From Candidatus Chlorohelix allophototropha (GTDB lineage Bacteria > Chloroflexota > Chloroflexia > Chloroheliales > Chloroheliaceae): a stretch of DNA of 32,000 nucleotides. The notes under the pieces are model-generated. The model was not told where the DNA came from. It searched no databases and saw only the letters and a program-made list of their open reading frames with translations. The stretch lies in contig NZ_CP128399.1 in NCBI RefSeq assembly GCF_030389965.1, forward strand, positions 1,508,934 through 1,540,933, given 5' to 3'. The position numbers were made by a program, and so were the translations under genes. Below, piece after piece: positions 9,326-19,293 of this stretch (its first letter is position 1; every line of letters begins with the position of its first letter).

Positions 9326-9457
9326 GATTAAATAGTGAGAAAATGCCCGCTACTTTTGGCAATTGCTGGTGTTCTATTAGTTATACAGGGAGAATCACAG
9401 CACAAATCCAATTCTGGATTTTCGCTTATTACTGGTTTAGAACTTAATATTCAGCAA
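9326..9457 (+). repeat. Diverged direct repeat, copy B (upstream of the receiver-domain gene)
   Basis: Ungapped alignment to 8022-8153 at an offset of 1304 bp. Shared CCCGCTACTTTT at 9346-9357. Conserved blocks include TTATACA, CAGC, GGATT, TAGAAC and AGCAA. Confidence 0.75.
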
Positions 9458-9534
9458 GGGTTTGAAACCCGCGTTCTTGCAGCGTTTCTAAGCCAAAGTT
9501 CTATTTGTTTGTAGTTATGCCGGGAGGGTATTCA

Positions 9535-9978
9535 ATGCTCACTGAGGATGAATTCAATAATGACAAGATTCGGGTGCTATTAGTAGAAGAAAGTCCTTCT
9601 TACAAGTTAGAATTGCGCCTAACCCTAAGCAACCAGCCTGATTTTGAGGTAGTAGCCGAAGCAACTGCCGGGTGGCAGGCACTCGATTTGGTAAAGTTGC
9701 ACCAACCCGCTCTGGTTTTATGCTGCCTCACGCTGCCCGATCAATATGGAATTAGCCTTACCCGCCAACTTGTCCACCAAAATTCTGGTTTGCAAGTAAT
9801 CATTCTTGGCGACAATGATGATTATGAATTCGTAAGCAGCGCTTTTCAGGCGCATGCTGCTGCCTATTGTTCAAGGTCGGCTGGAATCGAGAAAATTCTG
9901 GCGATGCTACGATTAGTGGCGCAAAAACCTTATGGTAGGGTTTCTTCTATCAAGAATAAAATCCTTGCCAACAAATAA
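9535..9978 (+). CDS. Stand-alone receiver-like domain lacking the canonical phospho-acceptor Asp
   Basis: ORF 9505..9978. The ATG at 9535 is preceded by GGGAGGG. IRVLLVEESPSYKLELRLTLSNQPDFEVVAEATAGWQALDLVKLHQPALVLCCLTLPDQYGISLTRQL has the receiver fold pattern, but Cys sits where LxxDxxMP has Asp. Confidence 0.7.
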   Translation: MLTEDEFNNDKIRVLLVEESPSYKLELRLTLSNQPDFEVVAEATAGWQALDLVKLHQPALVLCCLTLPDQYGISLTRQLVHQNSGLQVIILGDNDDYEFVSSAFQAHAAAYCSRSAGIEKILAMLRLVAQKPYGRVSSIKNKILANK

Positions 9979-10207
9979 GTTACAGCTATACAAATTTGTA
10001 ATCAAAAATCGGGGCAGTTAAAGCAGAAAATTAATACAAAGGTGTTATTTATATACATGTAAAATATCCGTAGCTCTCATAATTGCGGAAAATGTAAAGT
10101 TGGAGTTCCCCGTATTATTAATCAGGGTCTGAAAGCGGTGCAAGGTCGTTTGCTCACGATATGCTTGCCATTACGTTCGCTGAATAGCCCTGCTGGACTG
10201 AGGTATT

Positions 10208-11020
10208 ATGCTTAAAGATAGCGAAGTAATGGATTGGTGCCAAGAATTAGTTGAAAAAGGTCGATTCCGCCAAGAGTATCACCAGTTGCGGAAAATAGCC
10301 TCCGGTCAACATGTCGATATAAACCGCGTGAACGATACACATGTGAGTTTTAGTTTTGTTACCCAAGCCCCTATTCCTCGCAAAGCGATTATTCTGGTAG
10401 ATGCCCTTTATCCCGATACGCCCCCACAGCTTTTTTTGCAGGATGGCGAAGATTTTAAGCGCATTGATGTTCTAAAACGTTGGGAATGGCATTCCTACTA
10501 TTACTTGAGCGAATTAGTGCAGGGTATTATCACATCCACCAAACGTAAAATCGTTACAATAGCTGTTGGTTTAACTTGGGCTGCGCTCCTCTTGTTGGTT
10601 TCTCTGATAATACTTATACCACCGATGTTCCAATCACCTGCCGTGCTTGTTTCGGAGTCTAGCCCTTCATCTGTTACCCAGACTCTGGATAATCGTAGCC
10701 AATCTCTGTCGGATCATATTGCCTATCTAGAAGAATTAATTAAAACTCACCCACTTGATCTGGCAATTAGCCTTGAGCTTACCAGTAGCAAGTTGGCGCA
10801 AGTGCAGCTTGATCTAGAAAAAACGATAATTCAACAAAATTCTGAAGATAATATTACTAGCGGGGCTGATACTACTGCTCCACTACTGGCGCAGGTAGTA
10901 ACCACTAATCCGGTGAAAGCTATTACGACAATTGCCACTACTACCCCCCCACCCGACAGTAATAATGATGCTACTCAGCAATATGTCGAATTAGCGAAAA
11001 CTCCTGCGCCTTCAAATTAA
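10208..11020 (+). CDS. Membrane-anchored protein with putative E2/RWD-like (UBC-fold) N-terminal domain
   Basis: 270 aa. N-terminus [12 protein letters not shown]...[67 protein letters not shown] follows the UBC pattern. Then one TM helix [23 protein letters not shown] and a Thr/Ser-rich tail. GAGG SD before the ATG. Confidence 0.55.
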   Translation: MLKDSEVMDWCQELVEKGRFRQEYHQLRKIASGQHVDINRVNDTHVSFSFVTQAPIPRKAIILVDALYPDTPPQLFLQDGEDFKRIDVLKRWEWHSYYYLSELVQGIITSTKRKIVTIAVGLTWAALLLLVSLIILIPPMFQSPAVLVSESSPSSVTQTLDNRSQSLSDHIAYLEELIKTHPLDLAISLELTSSKLAQVQLDLEKTIIQQNSEDNITSGADTTAPLLAQVVTTNPVKAITTIATTTPPPDSNNDATQQYVELAKTPAPSN

Positions 11021-11590
11021 CCCGGTTTCGGAGTTATCTAGGCTTGCCAGCCACTCTGCGGTGGTTAGTACCTTACTGAAGCGCATAGCCTGAGTTACCA
11101 GAATAGCGCGGTGCAATTCCTCATCTGTCACCGCGCCAGCCCCGTTCTTAATACTTAGCGTGCCGGTAGCGTCAGAGAGAAATTCCACGTTTAAACCCAT
11201 GTGCATTGCCTGTCGCGCCGTAGTGTCACAACACATTTGGGTCATATAACCGCTGATGGTTAGTGTATCCACTCCGTGTTCTGTCAGCCATTCCTCTAGA
11301 GTAGTACCCGTAAAACTCCCCGGCAAATTTTTTTCAATTAGGGTAGCACGCGGACGACTCGCTACTTCGGAGTGTAATTCCCATTCATGACTGCCCTTGC
11401 GAAAAGTGGCTGAGTTAGGTTGTGGGGCAGTGTGCTGAATAACCACTACTACCACCCCGTGAGCATTAGCCTCATCCATCGCTTTCAGTATATTTTCAAA
11501 ACTGCCGGGCGGATAAGTGACCGGTAACTTACCTGTAAAATATTCATATTGCACATCAATCACCAGCAAGGCTCTTTTCATCAGTAACAC
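11012..11590 (-). CDS. Isochorismatase-family cysteine hydrolase
   Basis: [19 protein letters not shown]...[54 protein letters not shown] is the isochorismatase catalytic pattern with nucleophile Cys. Confidence 0.9.
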   Translation of the reverse strand: MLLMKRALLVIDVQYEYFTGKLPVTYPPGSFENILKAMDEANAHGVVVVVIQHTAPQPNSATFRKGSHEWELHSEVASRPRATLIEKNLPGSFTGTTLEEWLTEHGVDTLTISGYMTQMCCDTTARQAMHMGLNVEFLSDATGTLSIKNGAGAVTDEELHRAILVTQAMRFSKVLTTAEWLASLDNSETGLI

Positions 11591-11775
11591 CTCAATACAT
11601 TTTTTTAATAAACTTGTATAATAATTTCAATAATCTTTTATCAGGAAACGGTATTATCTAGAATACACAGATAAGATATAATTGTAAAATAACGTACATC
11701 TCGTCGCCGCTCAAGTGTTACACATACAATAAAGCTACGCTTCAGGGATACTACTATAGAAGTAGAGGTTCTAAA

Positions 11776-12234
11776 ATGTTCAATCAATTATCCCGGTTGA
11801 TAAAAAGAATAGTTTTGTTTTGGCTGGCGTTTGTACTTACGATTATCTGGTTTGGAATCTCTGCCATAGGTAATTGGTATCCCACCGATCCAAATTACGA
11901 AGACAGGTTTTTATATCTAAATGTAGCGATAGCGGTCGGTGTCATCTGGTTAGTTTTTTTGACCAGTTTTCTAACGACAAGAGCCGAATCATTCAAACAT
12001 TGGTTTGGCATAATACCCGGTTTAGTATTCGGTATTATCCTTACCGTTTTTACTTTTATTTCCGCCGAATGTGCCATGCTTATCTACATGACTACCCGCA
12101 AAGATATCCTGACTATAACTCAGGCGGAATTTTGGTTTGGGTCGGCGATTGCCAGCGGGCTATTGGGTTTGCCGGTGCTTTTCAGCGTGGCAATACTAAG
12201 TATTAAAGGGTTGGTCAATTTGGTAATTGCATAA
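11776..12234 (+). CDS. Small integral membrane protein of unknown function (about 4 TM)
   Basis: 152 aa with four hydrophobic segments (IVLFWLAFVLTIIWFGISAIG, LNVAIAVGVIWLVFLTSFL, FGIIPGLVFGIILTVFTFISAE, FGSAIASGLLGLPVLFSVAIL). Confidence 0.55.
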   Translation: MFNQLSRLIKRIVLFWLAFVLTIIWFGISAIGNWYPTDPNYEDRFLYLNVAIAVGVIWLVFLTSFLTTRAESFKHWFGIIPGLVFGIILTVFTFISAECAMLIYMTTRKDILTITQAEFWFGSAIASGLLGLPVLFSVAILSIKGLVNLVIA

Positions 12235-12248
12235 CGCCGCCAAATTTT

Positions 12249-13544
12249 TTACTTGCCCCATGCCGTATAATCGGCAAACCAGCGCCGCATTTGTCCATTC
12301 CGCTCTATTCCAACCGCTTCCTGAAAATAGCCGTTAGAAGCTGCCAACCACACCGCTATCGCATGTGCCGCGCCTGGTGTATCATAAGCCGCGCCCGAAC
12401 ACTGTTCTATAAAGTAGCGCACCTCTTGCTCGAAGCGCACCCCTTCAATTGTATCATCCTGTGTGGGCGAGGCAACCGGGATAGGACCGAGCCAACTCCA
12501 GATAGGACCACGCCATAACTGATAAAGCTGTTGCTGTTCTTCGGTAAGAACAGGATTCATAACGCCGGGTGTCCAACCGCTTTCGGTGATAACGGAAAAC
12601 AACGTGCTGGATACAATCGCCTGTTTCAGCCAATCGGGGAAGTGCACAATAGCGCGATCTTCCCAAGCGTGTCCCGGTCGCCAGTAATTGTGCCAGCTAA
12701 AGCCCGGAAAACGCTCAATTGCCGGGCGCAACCGATCATATTTGTTTCCGGTGGGCTTTCCGTTGTCGTAAAAATAGAAACCGCCGAAATAATCGGGATG
12801 CCCATCTTGCCCCAAGGGCGGGAAGTATAGTTGCACGTCCCTAAACGGCGCAGCATCGGGTTGGCTCAAGCGTTGTTCCCAAACATCATACAGTTGCAAA
12901 TAAAAGCGATTGATGGCATCGTATTTGGTGGGGTCATCGTTGCTTTGCCACGATAGCACGTTTTGGTAATATGTGCCATTGCTCCATTCTAGGTTAGGCT
13001 CGTTGCCCGGAATCAGGCGGGTTAAATGTCTACCCAACCGCGCCTGTTGCCCCTTCAGCACATTTATCATATCTTCTACTGCATCTTTAGGCTCACCGCT
13101 GATGGTATTCCTTTCGCCGCCGAATGGCTCGGTCAAACCGCCGGGAAATCGTTGCGGATAAATACGCAGGTAAATTTCGCTGCCCTGCTTTTGAAATGCC
13201 AGCAAATCCTGTTCCATGCTCACCCCCGCGCTGTTCCCGGCGGCTTCAAGGTCGGCGCTGAGCGCTAGAATCATACCCGGTGGGCGATTCAACCCGTTTA
13301 TATCGCGGAAGGATTGGAAAGAGCTTCGGTCGGTATCTGTCCAGTGAAACCCTACCGGAGCATGAATACCTCGTTGTGGGTTGAGTCGGGCGCGCGGAAT
13401 TGCTGAATTGACCCTTTCAATATTCTTAATGAGGGATTGCAAAGGAGGCTGCGGCGGTTCGTTCGATCCGGTCAGTAGTAGAAATAGCTCTAACGCCAAT
13501 ATTGGAACCAGCAGCAAAGGGAGGAATTTTAGGTATTTTCGCAA
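12249..13544 (-). CDS. Secreted/anchored glycoside-hydrolase-like hypothetical protein
   Basis: N-terminal signal-anchor YLKFLPLLLVPILALELFLLL. GIHAPVGFHW, EIYLRIYPQRFPGG and TRLIPGNEPNLEW resemble TIM-barrel glycosidase motifs, with 'NEP' as a candidate catalytic Glu. Confidence 0.5.
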   Translation of the reverse strand: MRKYLKFLPLLLVPILALELFLLLTGSNEPPQPPLQSLIKNIERVNSAIPRARLNPQRGIHAPVGFHWTDTDRSSFQSFRDINGLNRPPGMILALSADLEAAGNSAGVSMEQDLLAFQKQGSEIYLRIYPQRFPGGLTEPFGGERNTISGEPKDAVEDMINVLKGQQARLGRHLTRLIPGNEPNLEWSNGTYYQNVLSWQSNDDPTKYDAINRFYLQLYDVWEQRLSQPDAAPFRDVQLYFPPLGQDGHPDYFGGFYFYDNGKPTGNKYDRLRPAIERFPGFSWHNYWRPGHAWEDRAIVHFPDWLKQAIVSSTLFSVITESGWTPGVMNPVLTEEQQQLYQLWRGPIWSWLGPIPVASPTQDDTIEGVRFEQEVRYFIEQCSGAAYDTPGAAHAIAVWLAASNGYFQEAVGIERNGQMRRWFADYTAWGK

Positions 13545-13546
13545 GC

Positions 13547-15010
13547 CTATACCTTAGCGCGTCTGTGTCCGTAAAATGCTACCAGCACAACGCAAGCGCC
13601 GAAGAGGAAGAATACCGGCACAATGCCATTGCCTACACCCAGAACCGCTCCAAAAATGTCGCCCAATGCACCTGCAAAGAGAATCGGTATAATTGAAACG
13701 GCATTGGCAAAAGTGAAATACGCTGCGAATACACGCCCTACCAACTCTTTAGGAGAGCGTTCCTGTAGAATTGTCAGCGCGGGGATATTCAATAGACCGA
13801 TAGCAAAGCCAAAGGGTATAGATAGGGACACCAGCAAGAGAATAAGTCCCGGGCCACCGAGCGGTACACCCGGTGCGGTTATCAGCACCCACAGGTCGGC
13901 AATCGGTTTTACAAGACCGACTAATGCCAGAATAATACCCAATGCGCCACAGGCATACTTGAGAGCAGTCAGGCGGTTGGCAGGGGTTACAACCCGATTG
14001 ACCAGCACAACCGCAACGCCAAGTCCAATCGAAAGCGGGGCAAGTACGAAAATAATGCTATTACTCGATTGCTTCAACCCCTTCTCGCCGACAAAAGGGA
14101 TACCGATTGCGGTCATAGTGAACAGGGCGGTTTGCACGGTAGAGAGATAAACTATCGCCAGCCATATCTGGGTATCTTTGCGAATAAATTGCCACGCCTC
14201 GTACACACCAAGAAATATATCCTTAATAGTCTGCCAAATAGTTTTATCACCCGGTCGTTTGTGAACTTGTTCGCTTTTTGGCAATGCCCACACCAGCCAT
14301 ATACAAATGAAATATAGAATCCCAATTACCAGAAAAACCTTGTCGGGACCGATTAGGTCGGGCAGAAGTGGACCTAGCAGCGAAGTACCAAGAAAGAGGG
14401 TGGCGAAAAGGGTTATCTGGAAGAGCGAATTGGCTTTGGTAAGTTGGTGAGGCTTGACCAATAGCGGAATCGCGGCAGCTTCTGCCGGATTAAAAAACTG
14501 GCTGATGGTCGAAAAGATAATGGTTATCAAATAAATGATAGGTAACGCCAACCCCAAAGGCAAGGCAGTCATGAAAAAGAGCCAGGGAACCAGTAAAGCG
14601 CGAGTGATGTTAGTAACAAGCAGGGTAGTGCGCTTGCGAAACCAATCTACAAATACTCCGGCAATTGCGCTGAAGAAAACACCCGGCAGCAAGAAACAAG
14701 CGGTAACAATAGAAGTTTGGGTGGGCGAGTCTTTGGTGAGTTTACCTACGTACACTATCAGCGAAATATTCAGAGTGTGTTGCGCGGTTTGGGAGAGGGC
14801 TTGCGCAATCCACAGGTACATAAAGTAGCGATTACGCCAGACCGGAATATTGTCTGTCCCATTTGGATCAAGCTTCCGCGCTTCCTCATTCGAGGCTTCA
14901 ACCTCAGAATAATCGTAGGCTAGTGCGAATTCTTTATCAGCCACATTTTTATGATATTTTTCCGCCTGTCCCGCCGGATTGTGTTCATCTTCGCGTGGAC
15001 TAATCGACAT
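13547..15010 (-). CDS. MFS transporter
   Basis: 487 aa, about 12 TM. RNRYFMYLWIAQALSQTAQHTLNISLIVYV, VDWFRKRTTLLVTNITRALLVPWLFF and PAEAAAIPLLVKPHQLTKANSLFQ are typical of MFS_3/EntS-like exporters. Confidence 0.85.
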   Translation of the reverse strand: MSISPREDEHNPAGQAEKYHKNVADKEFALAYDYSEVEASNEEARKLDPNGTDNIPVWRNRYFMYLWIAQALSQTAQHTLNISLIVYVGKLTKDSPTQTSIVTACFLLPGVFFSAIAGVFVDWFRKRTTLLVTNITRALLVPWLFFMTALPLGLALPIIYLITIIFSTISQFFNPAEAAAIPLLVKPHQLTKANSLFQITLFATLFLGTSLLGPLLPDLIGPDKVFLVIGILYFICIWLVWALPKSEQVHKRPGDKTIWQTIKDIFLGVYEAWQFIRKDTQIWLAIVYLSTVQTALFTMTAIGIPFVGEKGLKQSSNSIIFVLAPLSIGLGVAVVLVNRVVTPANRLTALKYACGALGIILALVGLVKPIADLWVLITAPGVPLGGPGLILLLVSLSIPFGFAIGLLNIPALTILQERSPKELVGRVFAAYFTFANAVSIIPILFAGALGDIFGAVLGVGNGIVPVFFLFGACVVLVAFYGHRRAKV

Positions 15011-15022
15011 CTTACCTCAGTA

Positions 15023-15262
15023 TCAGGGCTGACGGTTAATAAATGCCTTGAAACGCCGCTCAAATTCACTGCGGGGTAATAACACCCTACGATCACAGCC
15101 GAGACAACGCATACCGATATCTGCACCTACTCGTACCACCCTCCAGTCGTAACTACCGCATGGGTGAGGTTTGCGTAAGCGTACCTCATGCCCTACTTCT
15201 ACCTCGCGGGCAGGGTTTGACTTGGGAGGTTGGGGAGAAACCGAGTCCGGTTGTTCTGGCAT
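15023..15262 (-). CDS. DUF951 family protein
   Basis: [56 protein letters not shown] is the diagnostic DUF951 pattern. Confidence 0.9.
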   Translation of the reverse strand: MPEQPDSVSPQPPKSNPAREVEVGHEVRLRKPHPCGSYDWRVVRVGADIGMRCLGCDRRVLLPRSEFERRFKAFINRQP

Positions 15263-15427
15263 TGCTATAAACCGCTAAAATATTTAGAAAGATGATCCCT
15301 TAAAATGCTACTCGTCCCTAATAGCAAGAAAACCCCACTCTAGGGTTATATTATTATATCTGGCGCATTATAGCATAGATACGTAGTAAGCGATAACTTC
15401 AACAGCCAGTGGCGAACTGGAGGAGGT

Positions 15428-17740
15428 TTATTTATTATCCAGAATTTGCCTTACCTTTTCGCTCAAACTTTGGATATTATACGGTTTTTCGAGGAAGTTA
15501 ATTTCGATGACGGGCGTTTGTTCTTTAAAGATAGTGGTTTGTGTGTAACCGGAAGTATAAAGCACCTTAATATTCGGTCTGTCTTTTAGCAAAAGTTGGC
15601 TGAATTCCCACCCGTTCATTTCCGGCATTAACATGTCGGTTATTAACAGGTGAATCGGGGCATTGTAGTCCTTTGCTAATATTAATGCTTCTTGCGGATT
15701 TGAGGCCTCCAACACATTATAACCCTTTTTACACAAAATCCGACCAGTCAATTTTCGAATGGTATTATCATCTTCTGCCAGTAATATTGTTTCAACTCCT
15801 TTTGTATGGGTCAATGTAACGCTTTTATCTTGGGTTAAAACACCGATTTTCTCGTTTGAGACTGGCAGGTATATTCTAAAAGTAGTGCCATACCCAAGGC
15901 TGGTTTCCAGTGCAATATGACCTCCAGTCTGTTTGACAATACCATAGACTGTAGATAAACCCAGTCCTGTACCTTGCCCTTTGTCTTTGGTAGTAAAGAA
16001 AGGTTCAAAAATTTTTGATTTTATTTCCTCACTAATACCTTGTCCCGTATCGCTAACTGCCAGCATAATATAAGAACCGGGGATAACTTCAGGATGTGTC
16101 TGGCAATATTTTTCATCCAATTCCAACTGAGCGGTTTCGAGACTCAAGCTTCCACCGTTTGGCATAGCATCGCGAGAATTTACTACCAGATTCATAATCA
16201 CCTGTTCAATCTGGTTTGGGTCGGCTAATACCGCTTCAAGGTTACTTTCAAGTTTAGTGCTGAGTTTAATATTCTCTCCAATCAAGCGGAGAAGCATTTT
16301 TTCGATTTCCGCTACCACCTTGTTCAAATCTAGTGGTCGAGGTTCAATAACCTTATGACGGCTTAGAGTCAGCAATTGCCGAGTCAGACTGGTGGCGGAT
16401 TCTGCTACTTTGCGAATCCCTTCTACTTCAGACCTGATGGAGTTGCCGGGATTTAGTTCCTCCAGCGCCAAATCAGTATGACCAATTATAGCGGTCAGCA
16501 GGTTGTTAAAATCGTGCGCTACTCCACCGGCTAAACGACCTATAGCTTCCATTTTTTGCGCTTGCCGAAATTGCTCTTCCACTTGATGCAGCGCTTCTTC
16601 CGCTTGCTTGCGGCTTGTAATATCCACCGTTACTCCGATAAAGTACGCGGGATTTCCTGCCGAATCTCGCACCAGTGCCGGATTCAGGCTCACCCAGATT
16701 ATCGAACCGTCTTTTTTGATGTACCGTTTCTCAAGATAATTTTGCTGAAACTCGCCGATTTGCAGTTTTCTTAACATTTCACGATTGATTTTGTCATCGT
16801 CAGGGTGAGTAATGTCGTAAGTGGTAAGCTGGAGAAATTCTTCTTCAGTATAGCCAAGTATTTTACATATTTGCGGGTTTGCTTGCAGATACTGTCCGTC
16901 CAGACTCAGCAGAGTGATACCGACTGCCGCTTGTTCGAAAATAGCCCGAAAGCGTTCCTCGCTATTGAAAAGTCGTTCCAAAACGGCAGCGCGTTGTTTT
17001 TTCATTAGGAAATTATCTAGCGCAAAAGAAATATCTTGTGCCATTTCTTCAATTAAATTAATTATGTCAGGGTCAAAATAGTGTGGTTTGCTCGAATAAA
17101 GGGTTATCAGCCCGACTACGCACCCTTGTTCCAGCAATGGAAAAGCGGCAGAGGAAGCAAACCCATAATATTTGGCGGAATCTCGCCACGGCAAAGTAAC
17201 GGGGTCGGCAAAGAAGTCGTTACACACATAGCGTCGGTTCTCCCGAAAGGCAGTGCCAGAAGGTCCCCTTCCTTCCGGTACATCAGCGCTAGTTGATATT
17301 TTGACACCTTTAAGGTAATCTTGCCCCTCTCCGTAACAGGCTACATTGATGAAGAGGTTAGTAACCGGGTCAGGAATTCCAATCCATGCCATTCTCAGCC
17401 CGCCGTAATCCACGGCAACTCGGCAGATTTCATGGAATAATTGGTTGCGGTCTTTTATTCTTACAATAGCATGGTTGGTGTAGCTTAAGGCGCTATATAG
17501 GTTGGTTAAGTTTAAGACACGTTGTTCTGCGTGTTCCAATTCAGAGATTCTGGAAGTCGCCTCAAGCGTTTGCAGTTTCTGTTTTTCTAATTGGTTCTCT
17601 AACTCTCTAATACGCCGGGATAGCGTTTCAGTTTCGAGGCTTTCAAGTTGACTAAGTTCATCCGGCATATATAACTCCGTTTTGGAACAATTCAGATATA
17701 TATAAATTATTACACCTTTATATTTTACACTTTTATTCAA
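15428..17740 (-). CDS. Hybrid sensor histidine kinase (coiled coil-GAF-PAS-HisKA-HATPase-REC)
   Basis: GAF region ([24 protein letters not shown]-like), PAS ([28 protein letters not shown]...[19 protein letters not shown]), H-box [62 protein letters not shown], and [12 protein letters not shown]...[16 protein letters not shown]...VLYTSGYT. Confidence 0.93.
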   Translation of the reverse strand: MNKSVKYKGVIIYIYLNCSKTELYMPDELSQLESLETETLSRRIRELENQLEKQKLQTLEATSRISELEHAEQRVLNLTNLYSALSYTNHAIVRIKDRNQLFHEICRVAVDYGGLRMAWIGIPDPVTNLFINVACYGEGQDYLKGVKISTSADVPEGRGPSGTAFRENRRYVCNDFFADPVTLPWRDSAKYYGFASSAAFPLLEQGCVVGLITLYSSKPHYFDPDIINLIEEMAQDISFALDNFLMKKQRAAVLERLFNSEERFRAIFEQAAVGITLLSLDGQYLQANPQICKILGYTEEEFLQLTTYDITHPDDDKINREMLRKLQIGEFQQNYLEKRYIKKDGSIIWVSLNPALVRDSAGNPAYFIGVTVDITSRKQAEEALHQVEEQFRQAQKMEAIGRLAGGVAHDFNNLLTAIIGHTDLALEELNPGNSIRSEVEGIRKVAESATSLTRQLLTLSRHKVIEPRPLDLNKVVAEIEKMLLRLIGENIKLSTKLESNLEAVLADPNQIEQVIMNLVVNSRDAMPNGGSLSLETAQLELDEKYCQTHPEVIPGSYIMLAVSDTGQGISEEIKSKIFEPFFTTKDKGQGTGLGLSTVYGIVKQTGGHIALETSLGYGTTFRIYLPVSNEKIGVLTQDKSVTLTHTKGVETILLAEDDNTIRKLTGRILCKKGYNVLEASNPQEALILAKDYNAPIHLLITDMLMPEMNGWEFSQLLLKDRPNIKVLYTSGYTQTTIFKEQTPVIEINFLEKPYNIQSLSEKVRQILDNK

Positions 17741-17885
17741 TGGTTGGAAACGAATAAAAATTCACCTTGTATGAAAATGTTTAAAAAATACAATTAAAAT
17801 TAGAACGGCGGTTTTTACAACCTTGCCGCACTTGTGTTGAAGTGTTACCATACGGGCAATGATTAGCGATTTGAAAGGTGGATTT

Positions 17886-19268
17886 ATGACCCAGGCTTCT
17901 TTCTTCGGCGAGGAGACACCCGAACATAAAAATGACTTGCCGCAGGATGCGGCTATGCCCTTGGCAGCCCAGATGCGCCCGATGGATTTTGACCAGTTTG
18001 TAGGTCAAAAACACCTGACCGAGCCGGATGCCGCGCTGCGCCGCGCCGTGGAAAACGACCGCTTTGGTTCAATCATCCTGTGGGGTCCTCCCGGTGTAGG
18101 CAAAACCACGCTGGCGGAGATTATCGCCCGCCGCACCCACGCCCATTTTACCCGCGTAAGTGCCACCAGCGCGGGGGTTGCCGATCTCCGCAAGGTAGTT
18201 GAGGAAGCGCGCCAACGTCGCAAAGCCTACAAGCAGAAAACTATCCTTTTTATTGACGAGATTCACCGCTTTAACAAGGCACAGCAGGACGCGATTCTGC
18301 CGGTGGTAGAAAACGGTACCATTACCCTGATCGGTGCGACCACCGAAAACCCCTCTTTTGAAGTGAACGCCGCTTTGCTTTCTCGCGCCCGCGTCTTTAC
18401 GATGTATGCCTTGACTGATGAGGAAATCAAACTGGTATTGCATCGGGCTATAGCCGATCCCGAACGTGGGTTGGGCAAACTGAATATTAAACTGACTCCC
18501 GAAGTGGAAGAAAACATTGCCAATTATGCCAACGGGGATGCGCGTTCGGCGTTGAATATTCTTGAACTGGCAGTTTCTATTGTTATGAAGAATGAAACCG
18601 ATCAGATTTTAATCGACCTACCTTTGCTGGAAAGCGCGGTTCAACGGCGCGCTCTGCTGTATGACAAGGGTGGCGAGCAGCATTATGATTTGATTTCGGC
18701 GCTGCACAAAACCATTCGGGGCAGTGACCCAGATGCCGCGCTTTATTGGCTTGCCCGAATGTTGGAGAGCGGGGAAGACCCCCTTTTTATCGTGCGGCGG
18801 TTGGTGCGGGCTGCCAGCGAGGATGTGGGTATGGCTGACCCGCAAGCGTTGGTGGTGGCAATGTCGGCACAGCAGGCGGTACATTTCATCGGGATGCCCG
18901 AAGGGGCATTGGCGTTGGCGCAATGCGTGGTATATCTCGCTACCGCTCCCAAGAGCAACCGATTGTACGGGGCTTATAAGCAAGTTCAGGCAGATGTGCT
19001 GCTTTCCCGCAATGAGCCTGTGCCACTACACCTACGCAATGCTCCCACTCAGCTAATGAAAGATTTAGGCTACGGTGAGGGTTATCGCTATGCGCATGAT
19101 CATGAAAGCGGTTTTGTGTACCAGCAAAACCTCCCCGATGCGCTAGAAGGTCGCCGTTATTACGAGCCGACCGCTCACGGCTTTGAAATTACCATCGGTG
19201 ATCGCCTCGCTTACTGGCGTAAAATTGGTGAAGAGGAAAGAGAGAAGCGCAAAGGCAGCAAAGCTTAG
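17886..19268 (+). CDS. rarA: AAA+ ATPase, replication-associated recombination protein RarA (MgsA)
   Basis: Start chosen at the in-frame ATG 17886. PMDFDQFVGQKHLT, SIILWGPPGVGKTTLAEIIA, TILFIDEIHRFNKAQQDAILP, LIGATTENPSFEVNAALLSRARV. Confidence 0.93.
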   Translation: MTQASFFGEETPEHKNDLPQDAAMPLAAQMRPMDFDQFVGQKHLTEPDAALRRAVENDRFGSIILWGPPGVGKTTLAEIIARRTHAHFTRVSATSAGVADLRKVVEEARQRRKAYKQKTILFIDEIHRFNKAQQDAILPVVENGTITLIGATTENPSFEVNAALLSRARVFTMYALTDEEIKLVLHRAIADPERGLGKLNIKLTPEVEENIANYANGDARSALNILELAVSIVMKNETDQILIDLPLLESAVQRRALLYDKGGEQHYDLISALHKTIRGSDPDAALYWLARMLESGEDPLFIVRRLVRAASEDVGMADPQALVVAMSAQQAVHFIGMPEGALALAQCVVYLATAPKSNRLYGAYKQVQADVLLSRNEPVPLHLRNAPTQLMKDLGYGEGYRYAHDHESGFVYQQNLPDALEGRRYYEPTAHGFEITIGDRLAYWRKIGEEEREKRKGSKA

Positions 19269-19293
19269 TCCGGTTTTTCAGCTATTACAAGGG

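Noticed and set aside
10061-10215. Open frame reading [50 protein letters not shown] that overlaps the start of the E2-like gene and carries a CxxC knuckle
   Set aside because: No ATG start and no clear SD. Only a rare internal GTG or ATT start is available. One CxxC is too weak to support a zinc-ribbon gene. Worth rechecking if homologues show an upstream coding region.
18618-18983. Antisense 121-aa ORF and other shadow ORFs within rarA
   Set aside because: Opposite-strand ORFs in a strongly coding GC-rich gene, with no recognisable domains. Also applies to similar shadows in MFS (13623-14150), FemAB (4209-4592) and his genes.
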